30,005 nt of DNA from Oscillospiraceae bacterium. Lineage in GTDB: Bacteria; Bacillota; Clostridia; Monoglobales; Monoglobaceae. Positions 1 through 9,303 of this stretch are shown in pieces. The notes beneath the pieces were generated by a model, which was not told where the DNA came from, did no database searches, and saw only the letters and a program-made list of their open reading frames with translations. The stretch's first letter is position 1. Each line of letters starts with the position of its first letter. The stretch lies in the NCBI GenBank assembly GCA_036658075.1, contig JAVXFE010000001.1:1-30005 (forward strand), given 5' to 3'. The translations under genes were made by a program, and so were the position numbers.

Positions 1-1608
1 CATACCATTTATAATATTTAAATTTTTCATGGCATAAATCCCATCGATTGCATAATCGCTTATTTCTTCATGGTCAGAAAATTTAGTTTTAATTTCAGAA
101 TCTAATCTTTCATTTCCAATTTTTTTCGCTGTGCGATAAAGGATTGTTGCCATATCTTCACGAGTGATTGTATCGCCAATGCCAAACTTATTTTCTTCTA
201 TTCCGTTTATGATCCCACTATTAACAGCCGCCGCAATATATGTATAGCACCAGTCCGATTCATCAACGTCTAAAAAGTCACAAGAGCCGTTTTTATCACT
301 TAAATTAAATGCAATAACTATCATTTTCACAAATTCTTCACGCTTTACGCTATCGTTTGGCATAAACAACCCGCTTCCGTTTCCGTTAATAATATTTTTC
401 TCCGCTAAAGAATTAATAGCTGTTATTGCCCATGCTACATCTCCTAAATCGTTAAATCTATTTATCTCAGGCTTTATAGTTATTGCATCGTCACTTCCGC
501 CGCCTGTGTTTCCAGAACCACCGCCTGAACCGCCTGAACCGCCTGAACCACCACCAGAACCGCCGTCACTTGGATTCGCTACAAGCTTTTCAAAACATTT
601 TTTAAGTTCTAAAAAGCTATTATGCTTTATCTTTGCTATATTTTTATCCACATAAATTCGCTCTTCTGATATAAGATTTAAATATTTAGAGTTAGCTGGA
701 TTTAAATATTCACCACTGTTTATGATAATATTATTCATGTCCATCCAATTTTCAGAGTTATTTACAGACCATAATATAATCTGCTCCGAAAAAGTTTTTT
801 CCGTTTCCTGGAATCTCGCAAAGCTTTTGCCCACTATAGTTCCGCAAACGCTTTGTTTTTGGACATCTTTTAATTTAGAATATATATTTTTATATACTAC
901 ATTATCATCTAATCCCATAATAGCTGAATTTTTGTCGATAATCTCCTTGATTTCAAGGCTTGTATTACTAAGATTTATGTAGAGTGTTGCCGTCTCGGCT
1001 TTATATTCGCTTATGAAATCTTCCATCTTTGCATATTTCTTGCCCAAAAGTGGTTTTAAAGTTTCGCCCGCCACGTCAACGTTTGGAAACTTTTTACTTA
1101 TCTCATCATCTAGCGCGAAATCTTCGAAAAAATAACTATAGCTACTGATTACTGCTTTCATTTTTTCTACAGAATCTGCCGCATTTATAGCCTCAACAAA
1201 TTTTTCATTTTCATCTGCACTGCCATAGATAAAGTTTGATTTAAGTACCGTTCCATCAGCAAAAACAATACGCAAATTATGATTTCCGGGTGTACTCTCA
1301 ACACGATACGAATATGAATATCTTCCATCTTCGCTTATTGAAATCTGAGCAATATTCTGATAATAATTGCTAAAATCTCCATCTGTTATACTTTTAAAAT
1401 CCTCGCCACGTTTTAAAACCTGAAGAGTGACATCGTTCATGTCTTTAAGCGGATCTATTACCACAGACCCGCTTACGGTTAGCATAAACGTTTCGGGATT
1501 AAATTTTGGTACATCAAGTGTATGTGCATAGGCACTAGTCCCAAAACACAATATCATTAGAAGTATTCCGCCTAAAACGGCTTTTTTTGCACCTACAATA
1601 TATTTCAT
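1..1608 (-). CDS. S-layer homology (SLH) domain surface protein, 3'-truncated by the window edge (>=536 aa): signal peptide, Ig-like domain, ~3 helical repeats, Gly/Ser linker, 3 SLH domains
   Basis: Missing from the ORF track but hand-translated open from ATG 1608 (GGAGG 6 nt upstream) to position 1. Starts MKYIVGAKKAVLGGILLMILCFGTSAYA. SLH motifs: FNDLGDVAWAITAINSLAEKNIING..F.PNDSVKREEF; FLDVDESDWCYTYIAAAVNSGIING..FGIGDTITREDMA; FSDHEEISDYAIDGIYAMKNLNIING. Confidence 0.92.
   Translation of the reverse strand, partial: MKYIVGAKKAVLGGILLMILCFGTSAYAHTLDVPKFNPETFMLTVSGSVVIDPLKDMNDVTLQVLKRGEDFKSITDGDFSNYYQNIAQISISEDGRYSYSYRVESTPGNHNLRIVFADGTVLKSNFIYGSADENEKFVEAINAADSVEKMKAVISSYSYFFEDFALDDEISKKFPNVDVAGETLKPLLGKKYAKMEDFISEYKAETATLYINLSNTSLEIKEIIDKNSAIMGLDDNVVYKNIYSKLKDVQKQSVCGTIVGKSFARFQETEKTFSEQIILWSVNNSENWMDMNNIIINSGEYLNPANSKYLNLISEERIYVDKNIAKIKHNSFLELKKCFEKLVANPSDGGSGGGSGGSGGSGGGSGNTGGGSDDAITIKPEINRFNDLGDVAWAITAINSLAEKNIINGNGSGLFMPNDSVKREEFVKMIVIAFNLSDKNGSCDFLDVDESDWCYTYIAAAVNSGIINGIEENKFGIGDTITREDMATILYRTAKKIGNERLDSEIKTKFSDHEEISDYAIDGIYAMKNLNIINGM
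493..564 (-). repeat. Gly/Ser linker (GGSGGGSGGSGGSGGGSGNTGGGS) containing a 9-bp x3 tandem repeat
   Basis: CCGCCTGAA x3 at 521-547 on the + strand, in frame, directly before the SLH domains. Confidence 0.9.
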
Positions 1609-1644
1609 ACTTAGCCTCCGTTATTCCGTCTTTTCTCTTTATAT

Positions 1645-4077
1645 CTATATCTCTCCAAAAGTTTTAATGCGTGTAAGTGGCACGCATTCGTTTAGACTGG
1701 ACCACACATATGTCTTTAATGTATATGCATCAGTAATTCCGCTCGGAAGCCCTGTTACATTTATTTCAAACGGAGTTCTTGCTCCTTTTATGGCATTAAT
1801 ATCATGTGTACCCATTTTAACCATTTGTCCGTTTTCGTTATATAAAACGCTAATAGCAGTCACGTTTTTGTTGCCGTCGCTATTATTAAAAACCTCACCT
1901 GTAACCATTAAAGTATCACTAAGCGAACTCAGTTTGTTAATTGGAACATAGTTGCCATCTGTATATTGAAGGTCAAAAATATCAAATTGTATAGGTGCAA
2001 CAAATGGAGCCTTAAAGCCTTCAATAACGATTTCGCCAAGCACTAGCTGGTTAGAATAATCTGCACCTTCCATATTAGCACTCATAGTAACTTTAAGGTA
2101 TTTTGCTTTTACCGCTGGGAACTTAGCCACTGTATTTACGATTCCTTCAGCCTTAACATCAGCGTATTTAAGAGGATTTTGGACGGTGGCAACTTTTGTA
2201 TATGTGTTTCCATCCATACTAACCTCTACATCAAACCCCGCCATTCGAACATTACTGGTTGATAATTTGCTCCACACATCAACCTGGTTTATATAGCACT
2301 CATTAGGGAAGGTATACTTAGCAGTAGCCACACGAATTCCATCCCACGCTCCAAATGTCATAAGTTCTCCGGCGGTTTCTTTTACGCCACCTGATTTCAT
2401 TTTAATGCACGTTGAATCATTTTTAATTATATCCACATCTGAACCCGTAAGCCATTCATATACTACGTTTGTCTGTTCAATCCCCATAGGATACAAAGTT
2501 TCTATCTCTGTTGGCGATAGAGCGTTATCACTTATTACTTTTGTATCATAAAGATATTTAAGGCCTCCCACTGCTGTTTTAATTGCTGTTATAGCATTTT
2601 CGACCTGAGTCGCCGTTGCATTTTCATCTTTATATACAGTAGTTGCCGTCGCCAAAGATTTTTCAACATTTTCCCACGTTGCAATAGTAAAGATAGTCTT
2701 ATCGAGAGCTTTTGCGGAATTTATTTCTGTTAATAAAGCACTTTTATCAACCATGGTTGAAAGTCCTTGTATCACAGCTTCACCTAAAACCATTTGATGA
2801 GAACCTGCTCCGTTTTTCATGGTTATTCGCACATGTGACGCCTTTTGTGGAATGCACTCGCCATGAGTTTTTACAAGTTTTGCCCCACCGGTATGTTCAG
2901 GTGATTTTGCCGTAAAAATTCTTGTAAAATCTACGCCATTGGTAGAAAGTTCTACATCGAATTCACCCATAAATTTAGGAGCTGGGTCAAATAAAGAATA
3001 CACATCTACATCGGTAATATAAAATTGTCCCTTTAAATCAAACTCCGCCACAGCTGGCGTTCCATCGTCCCAGCCTCCCCAAAGTAGAGCCTCGCCGGCG
3101 GTATCTCCCTCAGCGATTCTTCCATCTGTTAAAAGTGTTGAAACGTTAGGATTATTAATTATATCCTTATGTCCGCTTTTAAAAGCATAGGTCGAGTTAT
3201 TTTTAAAGACTTCCGGATATCCTGAACCTGTATCTAGCTTATTTGAAGATAGCACGTTTTTAGCAAAGTTATACTGAAGTCCTTTAATGGCACTATCCAG
3301 TGCCGTAATTGCGTTTGTAATATCCCCCGATGTTGCACCTGCGTTTCCGATTACGCCATTAGCTGTCGCAATAGCGGTGGTTAAAGCATTGTATGTCACG
3401 GAGCTATATACCTCTGAAAGACCAGCAGCCGTGTATTTTTCTGCCTCTTTAATTTTGTCTCTTAGACCCGCTTTTGGGTCAGCGGCTTCATCACCTAAAA
3501 CTAAAACTTCACCTATAACCATCTTATAGCCCGCACCTTTGTAAATAGTTATTTTTACATATTGTGCCTCTGATGATGTTAAAGTTGCTGTCGTCTTATA
3601 GACGCTTGGCTGAGCTGCGTCTCCCGTTCCTGTTCCTTTTTCTGTATATGATACTCCATCCACAGAGGTTGAAACAGTAAAATTGCCCATTTTATCGTTT
3701 GCTGTATTTACCGACCACACGTCAACCTGATTCACCTTGTACGTTCTACCGAGGTTAAATATTATTGTTGATGTGCCTGGGGCATCCCAAGCCGTGTTTG
3801 TGACTACTTCTGCGGTTGTTACATCACAGCTGCCACTGGTCATTTTAGCGTTTGCTCTATCATTAGTCTTTAATTCTGCATCGCTGTCCGCCGTCCATTC
3901 GTATGATGCGTTTGTTTGTATGACCCCTGCCGTTTTATACTCTTTGTCTACTCCTGTATCTGATAATTTATTGCCGCTTAGAACTTTATTAGAAGTTGTG
4001 GCAAAAGCTGTTGTTCCTCCTGAAATACACGTAAAAATCATAGTTAATACACATAAAAAAGCTGATATTTTTTTCAT
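1645..4077 (-). CDS. Secreted non-catalytic multimodular protein: signal peptide, (discoidin/F5/8 type C/CBM32-like + FIVAR) x2, third discoidin-like domain, ~115-aa C-terminal beta domain
   Basis: 810 aa with an AAGGAG RBS and an AFA cleavage site. Three repeats share W-D..(F/Y)..VDV(W/Y)S..(M)xxFxV(S/E)xSxDG..A.(Y/H)V(K/R)IT..(M/L)VxGE. Two FIVAR-like helices: DKSALLTEINSAKAL..TW..V..SLATA..V..D.NAT..QVENAI..I..AV.GL and its N-terminal counterpart. No catalytic motif recognised. Confidence 0.8.
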   Translation of the reverse strand: MKKISAFLCVLTMIFTCISGGTTAFATTSNKVLSGNKLSDTGVDKEYKTAGVIQTNASYEWTADSDAELKTNDRANAKMTSGSCDVTTAEVVTNTAWDAPGTSTIIFNLGRTYKVNQVDVWSVNTANDKMGNFTVSTSVDGVSYTEKGTGTGDAAQPSVYKTTATLTSSEAQYVKITIYKGAGYKMVIGEVLVLGDEAADPKAGLRDKIKEAEKYTAAGLSEVYSSVTYNALTTAIATANGVIGNAGATSGDITNAITALDSAIKGLQYNFAKNVLSSNKLDTGSGYPEVFKNNSTYAFKSGHKDIINNPNVSTLLTDGRIAEGDTAGEALLWGGWDDGTPAVAEFDLKGQFYITDVDVYSLFDPAPKFMGEFDVELSTNGVDFTRIFTAKSPEHTGGAKLVKTHGECIPQKASHVRITMKNGAGSHQMVLGEAVIQGLSTMVDKSALLTEINSAKALDKTIFTIATWENVEKSLATATTVYKDENATATQVENAITAIKTAVGGLKYLYDTKVISDNALSPTEIETLYPMGIEQTNVVYEWLTGSDVDIIKNDSTCIKMKSGGVKETAGELMTFGAWDGIRVATAKYTFPNECYINQVDVWSKLSTSNVRMAGFDVEVSMDGNTYTKVATVQNPLKYADVKAEGIVNTVAKFPAVKAKYLKVTMSANMEGADYSNQLVLGEIVIEGFKAPFVAPIQFDIFDLQYTDGNYVPINKLSSLSDTLMVTGEVFNNSDGNKNVTAISVLYNENGQMVKMGTHDINAIKGARTPFEINVTGLPSGITDAYTLKTYVWSSLNECVPLTRIKTFGEI

Positions 4078-4103
4078 TATATATACACTCTCCTTTAAAA
4101 TTT

Positions 4104-4994
4104 TTACCCTTTTATACCGCTCATTGTGACGCCTTCCATTATGTATTTTTGGAAGAACAAGAATATAATTGCCGGTGGTAAAATTGAAAATAACAAAACA
4201 ATCATATATTTGTCCATCGCAAAACCAGTTGCCTTCATTTTAAAAAGCTGTACCGCTACTGTTGTTAAACTTTTATCTTTTATTACCAAATATGGCCAGA
4301 AGAATGATTCCCACGATGCGTTAATCGAGAATATAGCAACAACCATAATAATTGGCTTTGAAAGCGGTAAAATTATTCTTGTAAATATTCCTAAGTTACT
4401 ACAGCCATCAATTCGTGCCGCTTCTAAATACGACATAGGAATCGAATCGAAGAAGTTTTTAAATAACAATACATTAAAAGCGTTCGCTCCCGCCATTAAC
4501 CACATAGGGAAATATGAATTCAGCATACTAAAATGGAAAATCGGGAAATCGATAAATGACATAAATAACGGAACCATACTAACCGATGTCGGCAGCATCA
4601 TGCTCCAAAGAACCAAGGAGAAAAATAACATCGACCCCTTTGGCTTTAATCTCGAAATAACGTATCCTGCAAGTCCGTTAAAAAATATACAAAACACAAG
4701 TTCGCCAATAGCTAAATAAAAAGTGTTTATGTAATATTTCCCAAAGTTCATGCTTTTCCAAACCTCCACTAATTTTTCAGGATGGAAAGAATGAGGAATA
4801 ATCGTTGGTGGTATGCTTAAAAATTCTTTAACATCTTTAAAACTAGATAAAAATACCCAAAGTGGTGGGAATATGCATATTATGCTAACTAAAACTATAA
4901 ATCCCACTATGCACCAGTATCCAATTCGGCTTCGGAGACTTTTCAAATCCAGCGATGTTAATAATCCTGTCTGTTTTTCATCAAAGGCTTTCAT
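4104..4994 (-). CDS. Carbohydrate ABC transporter permease (CUT1, MalG-like)
   Basis: 296 aa, hydrophobic; EAA loop SYLEAARIDGCSNLGIFTRIILPLSKP; C-terminal FFQKYIMEGVTMSGIKG. Confidence 0.95.
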   Translation of the reverse strand: MKAFDEKQTGLLTSLDLKSLRSRIGYWCIVGFIVLVSIICIFPPLWVFLSSFKDVKEFLSIPPTIIPHSFHPEKLVEVWKSMNFGKYYINTFYLAIGELVFCIFFNGLAGYVISRLKPKGSMLFFSLVLWSMMLPTSVSMVPLFMSFIDFPIFHFSMLNSYFPMWLMAGANAFNVLLFKNFFDSIPMSYLEAARIDGCSNLGIFTRIILPLSKPIIMVVAIFSINASWESFFWPYLVIKDKSLTTVAVQLFKMKATGFAMDKYMIVLLFSILPPAIIFLFFQKYIMEGVTMSGIKG

Positions 4995-5003
4995 ATTTAT
5001 CCC

Positions 5004-5921
5004 CTACCCTTCTAGTTTTTTATTAATTTTAAAGTAATAAGCCGTAACGCCCATAAGTATAACAAATGTTATAACCCCTAACGCTAAAGCACGTTCAGGC
5101 TGGAAATATACAAATGCGTAATTGTAACCCTGTAATCCAAGTGATACAGAGGCATTGTTTGGACCGCCCCCTGTCATAGTCATAGGCTCTACCATAACTT
5201 GGAATACTCCGATTATTTGGCGGACTAATAATAACGCCATAATTGGTGAAATATATGGAAATGTTATGTATCTAAGTTTTACGAAAAATCCCGCTCCATC
5301 AATTGTTGCGGCTTCATAAAGTTCCTGATTTACGCCCTGCAAAGTGGCGAGATACATAATCATTGTTGCTCCACACCCACGCCATGTCATGCTTGTGATA
5401 ATAAGTGGGATTGTAAGATTTTTATCCTGTAACCATTGAGATGGTGGAAGTCCGACCTTTCCAAGAAACATGTTAAAAATTCCACCCTCGCCCGGCATTA
5501 ACATAAAGTACCATATAAGTGCTGCCGCTACTGTTGGAACAATTGTTGGAAAATAGATTGAAAATTTAAATAGACTTTTTAGATGTACCACTTCATTTAA
5601 TAAAATTGCTATAATAATCGGCGGTAAATAGCCTATTAAAAGCGACCAAAAAACATAACCAACTGTGTTCCAAAGTGTTTTTATAAACAAGGTATCTTTC
5701 ATGACGTCAAAGTAATTATGTAGACCTACAAATTCAACAGGATGATAATTTTCTAATCTAAAAAACGAAAGACCAATTCCCGTTGCGATTGGTCTCCATA
5801 CGAAAAAGTAGAAAAGCAGCACACTTGGAAATAATAAAATCCAGTTTTTCCAATTGTTATACACTACTTTTTTAAAGCCGGTATTAACGCCTATATTTTT
5901 ATTTTTTTGCGTTGCTTGCAA
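5004..5921 (-). CDS. Carbohydrate ABC transporter permease (CUT1, MalF-like)
   Basis: 305 aa; TTG start with GAGGAG 9 nt upstream; EAA loop ELYEAATIDGAGFFVKLRYITFP. Confidence 0.95.
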   Translation of the reverse strand: MQATQKNKNIGVNTGFKKVVYNNWKNWILLFPSVLLFYFFVWRPIATGIGLSFFRLENYHPVEFVGLHNYFDVMKDTLFIKTLWNTVGYVFWSLLIGYLPPIIIAILLNEVVHLKSLFKFSIYFPTIVPTVAAALIWYFMLMPGEGGIFNMFLGKVGLPPSQWLQDKNLTIPLIITSMTWRGCGATMIMYLATLQGVNQELYEAATIDGAGFFVKLRYITFPYISPIMALLLVRQIIGVFQVMVEPMTMTGGGPNNASVSLGLQGYNYAFVYFQPERALALGVITFVILMGVTAYYFKINKKLEG

Positions 5922-5951
5922 AACAGCTCACTCCTCTTTATATTAGCACCA

Positions 5952-5993
5952 AGGGCAGTTCGTGTCTTACTTTCAAAAACAGGTCACTGCCCT
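5952..5993 (-). other. Intergenic stem-loop between SBP and permease genes (likely mRNA stabiliser or processing site)
   Basis: AGGGCAGT (5952-59) / ACTGCCCT (5986-93) with a partly paired interior and no U-tract on the minus strand. Confidence 0.65.
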
Positions 5994-6011
5994 CTTATGG
6001 CTGATATTAAT

Positions 6012-7415
6012 TTACGAAATTTTATCTAGGTAATTTTGTTGGAAATCAGAGTTTGCCTTTTCTATTAAAGCTTTTGGATCTGAATCCTTTTCGGTTATAA
6101 CCTCCTGGATACATGCATCTAAAATTTTATAGAGTTCTTGGCAATTCATAGGTTCTTCAGGGCGAATTTTAACGCCATCGTTTTTCATATATTGTTCAAA
6201 CATTTTTGTCTCGATGTTTTGATATTTGCCTGTGGTTTCAGCTACAAATTTAAGTCTTTCATCGTCTTTCCATGCACCTTCGGTATAAATACCAACGATT
6301 TGACCATCATCTGCTTGTGTTTTTAATGCCGTGTCAATGGCTTTTTTCTGATCATCGTTTATCTCCGGCGATTCGCCTGTAATCGTAAGCCATTTCAAGC
6401 ATGCATCAATCTGCTCTGGTGTTGCATTTGGATTAAACATATACGCCTTGCCACCGGTCAGTGAATATTTACCTTTAGGGCCTTCAGGAACGGCACCAAC
6501 AGAAAACTTTTTCTTATCCATATCATAAACTTCTACTAGTTGAACATCCGGTGGAGCACTAAAATACATTGCCCCTTGGTCGGTTGCAAAAAGTTTTTGC
6601 ATTTCAGGAATATCAATTAAAGCGTTATCAGGAAGTGCGTTATATTTCCACTTCAAATCTTTTACATATTGAAGTGCCGCAACAGTTTCAGGGCTGTTAA
6701 ATGTAGCCTTCCATTTTCCGTTTTCTTGTTTCATAAACTCGGTGCCGAACGACCATGCGATGTTCATAAAATGCCAACCACCACAATTATTAATAGTCGG
6801 CAAAACCATTCCCGCTTTTCCTGTTTTTTGTTTAATAGTAGAAGCGGTTTGTGCTAGCTCCTCATATGTCTTAGGAAACTTTGGAACTCCGTTTTCATCA
6901 AGCAAATCAGCTTGTCTGAAGAGTTCAACATTAGCGGTTAAGCCTAAAGAATATGCATCTCTTGGGATTCCGAAAACTTTTCCGTCTTTTTTCACTAGGT
7001 CAACCAAATCAGGATTCATTTTTTCTAAGTACCCTACTTTTTTAAGTTCCTCTGTTATATCCGCCGAAAAGCCAGCGTCTATGATTTTTTTAACTTCTGT
7101 ATGAAACGTTGTGTACATTGTTGGAAGCTGACCACTTGTCGCCTTTGGAACAAACGATGCCACATCATATGCCCATTCATCAGGAACGACTTCGATGTTT
7201 GGATATTTTTCGTTCATTTCTTTAAGCATTTTATTAAATCTCTCTACTTCCAAAGGACGGTTTTCTGTTGGCCATTCACCTATCGATATTTTAATTTTAT
7301 CGGTGCCTCCGTCCGTCTTTCCTGTAGTGTTTGCTGTATTTCCACAGCCTGTTAAGGCTGTACCTAAAACAGCTAACGCCACGATTGTTGTAACTACTTT
7401 TTTAAACTTTTTCAT
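6012..7415 (-). CDS. Carbohydrate ABC transporter extracellular solute-binding lipoprotein (family 1)
   Basis: Lipobox LTGC after MKKFKKVVTTIVALAVLGTA; family-1 SBP motifs (KYPNIEV, VKKDGKVFGIP). Start moved from 7424 to 7415 so that AAGGAG (7425-30) is 9 nt upstream. Confidence 0.93.
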   Translation of the reverse strand: MKKFKKVVTTIVALAVLGTALTGCGNTANTTGKTDGGTDKIKISIGEWPTENRPLEVERFNKMLKEMNEKYPNIEVVPDEWAYDVASFVPKATSGQLPTMYTTFHTEVKKIIDAGFSADITEELKKVGYLEKMNPDLVDLVKKDGKVFGIPRDAYSLGLTANVELFRQADLLDENGVPKFPKTYEELAQTASTIKQKTGKAGMVLPTINNCGGWHFMNIAWSFGTEFMKQENGKWKATFNSPETVAALQYVKDLKWKYNALPDNALIDIPEMQKLFATDQGAMYFSAPPDVQLVEVYDMDKKKFSVGAVPEGPKGKYSLTGGKAYMFNPNATPEQIDACLKWLTITGESPEINDDQKKAIDTALKTQADDGQIVGIYTEGAWKDDERLKFVAETTGKYQNIETKMFEQYMKNDGVKIRPEEPMNCQELYKILDACIQEVITEKDSDPKALIEKANSDFQQNYLDKIS

Positions 7416-7436
7416 TATCATCATCTCCTTGGACTA

Positions 7437-7499
7437 ATAATAGCACATTTCCTTATCTATTGTCATCTTGACAAACATGTTATTTCTTGTGAAATTCTG
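7437..7499 (-). promoter_or_regulatory. Activator-dependent promoter of the ABC/surface operon (copy 1 of a duplicated motif)
   Basis: CAGAATTTCACAAGAAATAACAT-N8-AG ATGACA-N18-TATTAT with a TGn extended -10. Matches 12028-12090 without gaps. Confidence 0.75.
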
Positions 7500-7527
7500 T
7501 TACAAGCAAATATATCACAATTTTATA

Positions 7528-7564
7528 CAAAAGAAAAAGCTCGGAAAAGTTAAATTCCAAAGCT
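7528..7564 (-). terminator. Probable intrinsic terminator of the two-component operon
   Basis: Minus strand AGCTTTGGAA-N8-TTCCGAGCT (one bulge, one G-U) followed by TTTTCTTTT, 11 nt after the kinase stop. Confidence 0.6.
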
Positions 7565-7575
7565 CCTTCTATAAA

Positions 7576-9300
7576 TTATTTACTAAATTTTATTTTCACT
7601 CCAACCCAAGTGCATTCACCCTTAATTGAATGATATGTAAGCCCATAGCCGTCACCATATTCAAGGATTAATCGCTCCTGAACGTTTCGAACGCCATAAC
7701 CGCTACTCTTTCGCTCTGCACTAAGCGGGTCAAACTCCAGTCCTTTCCCATTATCTTCTATTTCGAACATAACGTCCCCATCTTTATCACGATATCCGGT
7801 AAGAATAATAAGTCCGCCTTCTTCCATATCTTCAAACCCATGTTTAATAGCGTTTTCGAACATAGGCTGGAGAACTATTTTAGGAATATTACATTCTAAT
7901 ATTTCATCATCCACATGATAAATTACATCAAAAAGGTCAGGAAAACGCATTTTTTCAATTTCCATATAGCTCTTTACATATTTAACCTCTTCCCAAACTT
8001 TTATAACACTATCACCTTTATGTAAGCTAATTCTGAAAAACGACGAAAGTGCATAAATCATATCCGCAATGTATGTTTGCTTTTTAAGTTTTGCGTGCCA
8101 CTGAATTGCGTCTAGTGCGTTATATATAAAATGTGGATTGATTTGTGCCTGAAGTGCTTTCATTTCCGCTATACGTTGTTTTTCTTTTTCTTCATTGTTT
8201 TTTTCTATTAAATTATTAATTTCAAAAACCATTTTATCAAAACTTTTTTCAAGTGCCGCAAGTTCACGAAACTTAAAACGCACATTATCCGCTCTCCCTG
8301 AAACAAACAGTTCCATTTTGTTTTTTAGTTCATTAATCGAACGTATAAGCGAATTTGATATAATAAATGATAAAAGAAGCGACAATAAAATTGCCACAAT
8401 AATTATTAAAGTTATTTTTCCTTTAAGCTCACCTACAAAGCTGTATAAATGTTCGTATGACATCATACTTATAATCTTTAGGTCAAGTTCGGGGTTTGTG
8501 TCGATATTTAAATTATGAACCCTATAAACAGTGTCATCAATCCGTCGATTATCTTTAATCTCATATGGAAGCATCATTACTTTTCCAACATTAGAGCTAT
8601 CTGCGTGCGAAAGGATTTTATCTCTATTTATAATAAATATATCTGTTCCGCTAGTGACCACATCTTCATAAGTCGATGTAATAGACGATTCATTAATATA
8701 AATATACATATATCCTAAGAAATATCCAGTGTTATAATTATAAAGCCTCTTACCTAAAACAATCATATTATCACCGTTTTGATTTTTAACAATATCATCA
8801 TAAATAGCAATATTCGCAGGTTTTATCTTTTCTTTAAAATTATCGCCAATATGAGGGAGTGTTTCATCAAAGCCATTAATAACTTGATTAGTGTTTGTTA
8901 TTAACTGGACATTCAAAATATATTTATTATTTCGGAGATGATATTTTAAAATCTCCGAAATTTTATTTTCCTTATCTTTATTAGAACTTTCAGCATTAAG
9001 CCATGTATTATAAATTTCGCTATCTGAATTCACAACAGTAGAAAAGTTATTAATCTGGACAAAGTAATTATTAATGTTTTTTTCTATACTTGTATAAATC
9101 CCTTCTAGGTAACTTGGCATATATGTTTTTAATATAACATTTTTAATAAACCCATCCGTAATCATATAAGTTAAAATGATGGGAATAATCGTAAAAAGCA
9201 TAATTATTATAAGTAACCTGGAATTTATTTTTCCGTTTAGAAAAAAGTTTTTAATAGTCATATTAATGCAATGCATTTTAGTTTTAAAAGAATTTAGCAT
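7576..9300 (-). CDS. YesM/LytS-type sensor histidine kinase (TM-dCache-TM-HAMP-His_kinase-HATPase_c)
   Basis: ALQAQINPHFIYNALD H-box; LQPMFENAIKHG N-box; EDNGKG G1; GYGVRNVQERL; two TM segments. Confidence 0.95.
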   Translation of the reverse strand: MLNSFKTKMHCINMTIKNFFLNGKINSRLLIIIMLFTIIPIILTYMITDGFIKNVILKTYMPSYLEGIYTSIEKNINNYFVQINNFSTVVNSDSEIYNTWLNAESSNKDKENKISEILKYHLRNNKYILNVQLITNTNQVINGFDETLPHIGDNFKEKIKPANIAIYDDIVKNQNGDNMIVLGKRLYNYNTGYFLGYMYIYINESSITSTYEDVVTSGTDIFIINRDKILSHADSSNVGKVMMLPYEIKDNRRIDDTVYRVHNLNIDTNPELDLKIISMMSYEHLYSFVGELKGKITLIIIVAILLSLLLSFIISNSLIRSINELKNKMELFVSGRADNVRFKFRELAALEKSFDKMVFEINNLIEKNNEEKEKQRIAEMKALQAQINPHFIYNALDAIQWHAKLKKQTYIADMIYALSSFFRISLHKGDSVIKVWEEVKYVKSYMEIEKMRFPDLFDVIYHVDDEILECNIPKIVLQPMFENAIKHGFEDMEEGGLIILTGYRDKDGDVMFEIEDNGKGLEFDPLSAERKSSGYGVRNVQERLILEYGDGYGLTYHSIKGECTWVGVKIKFSK

Positions 9301-9303
9301 ATC

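Noticed and set aside
4992-5006. The two permease genes are in frame, separated by TAG plus 3 codons, so amber read-through would fuse them
   Set aside because: One-in-three chance. The second gene has its own ATG and purine-rich RBS, and both ends match normal CUT1 permease termini.
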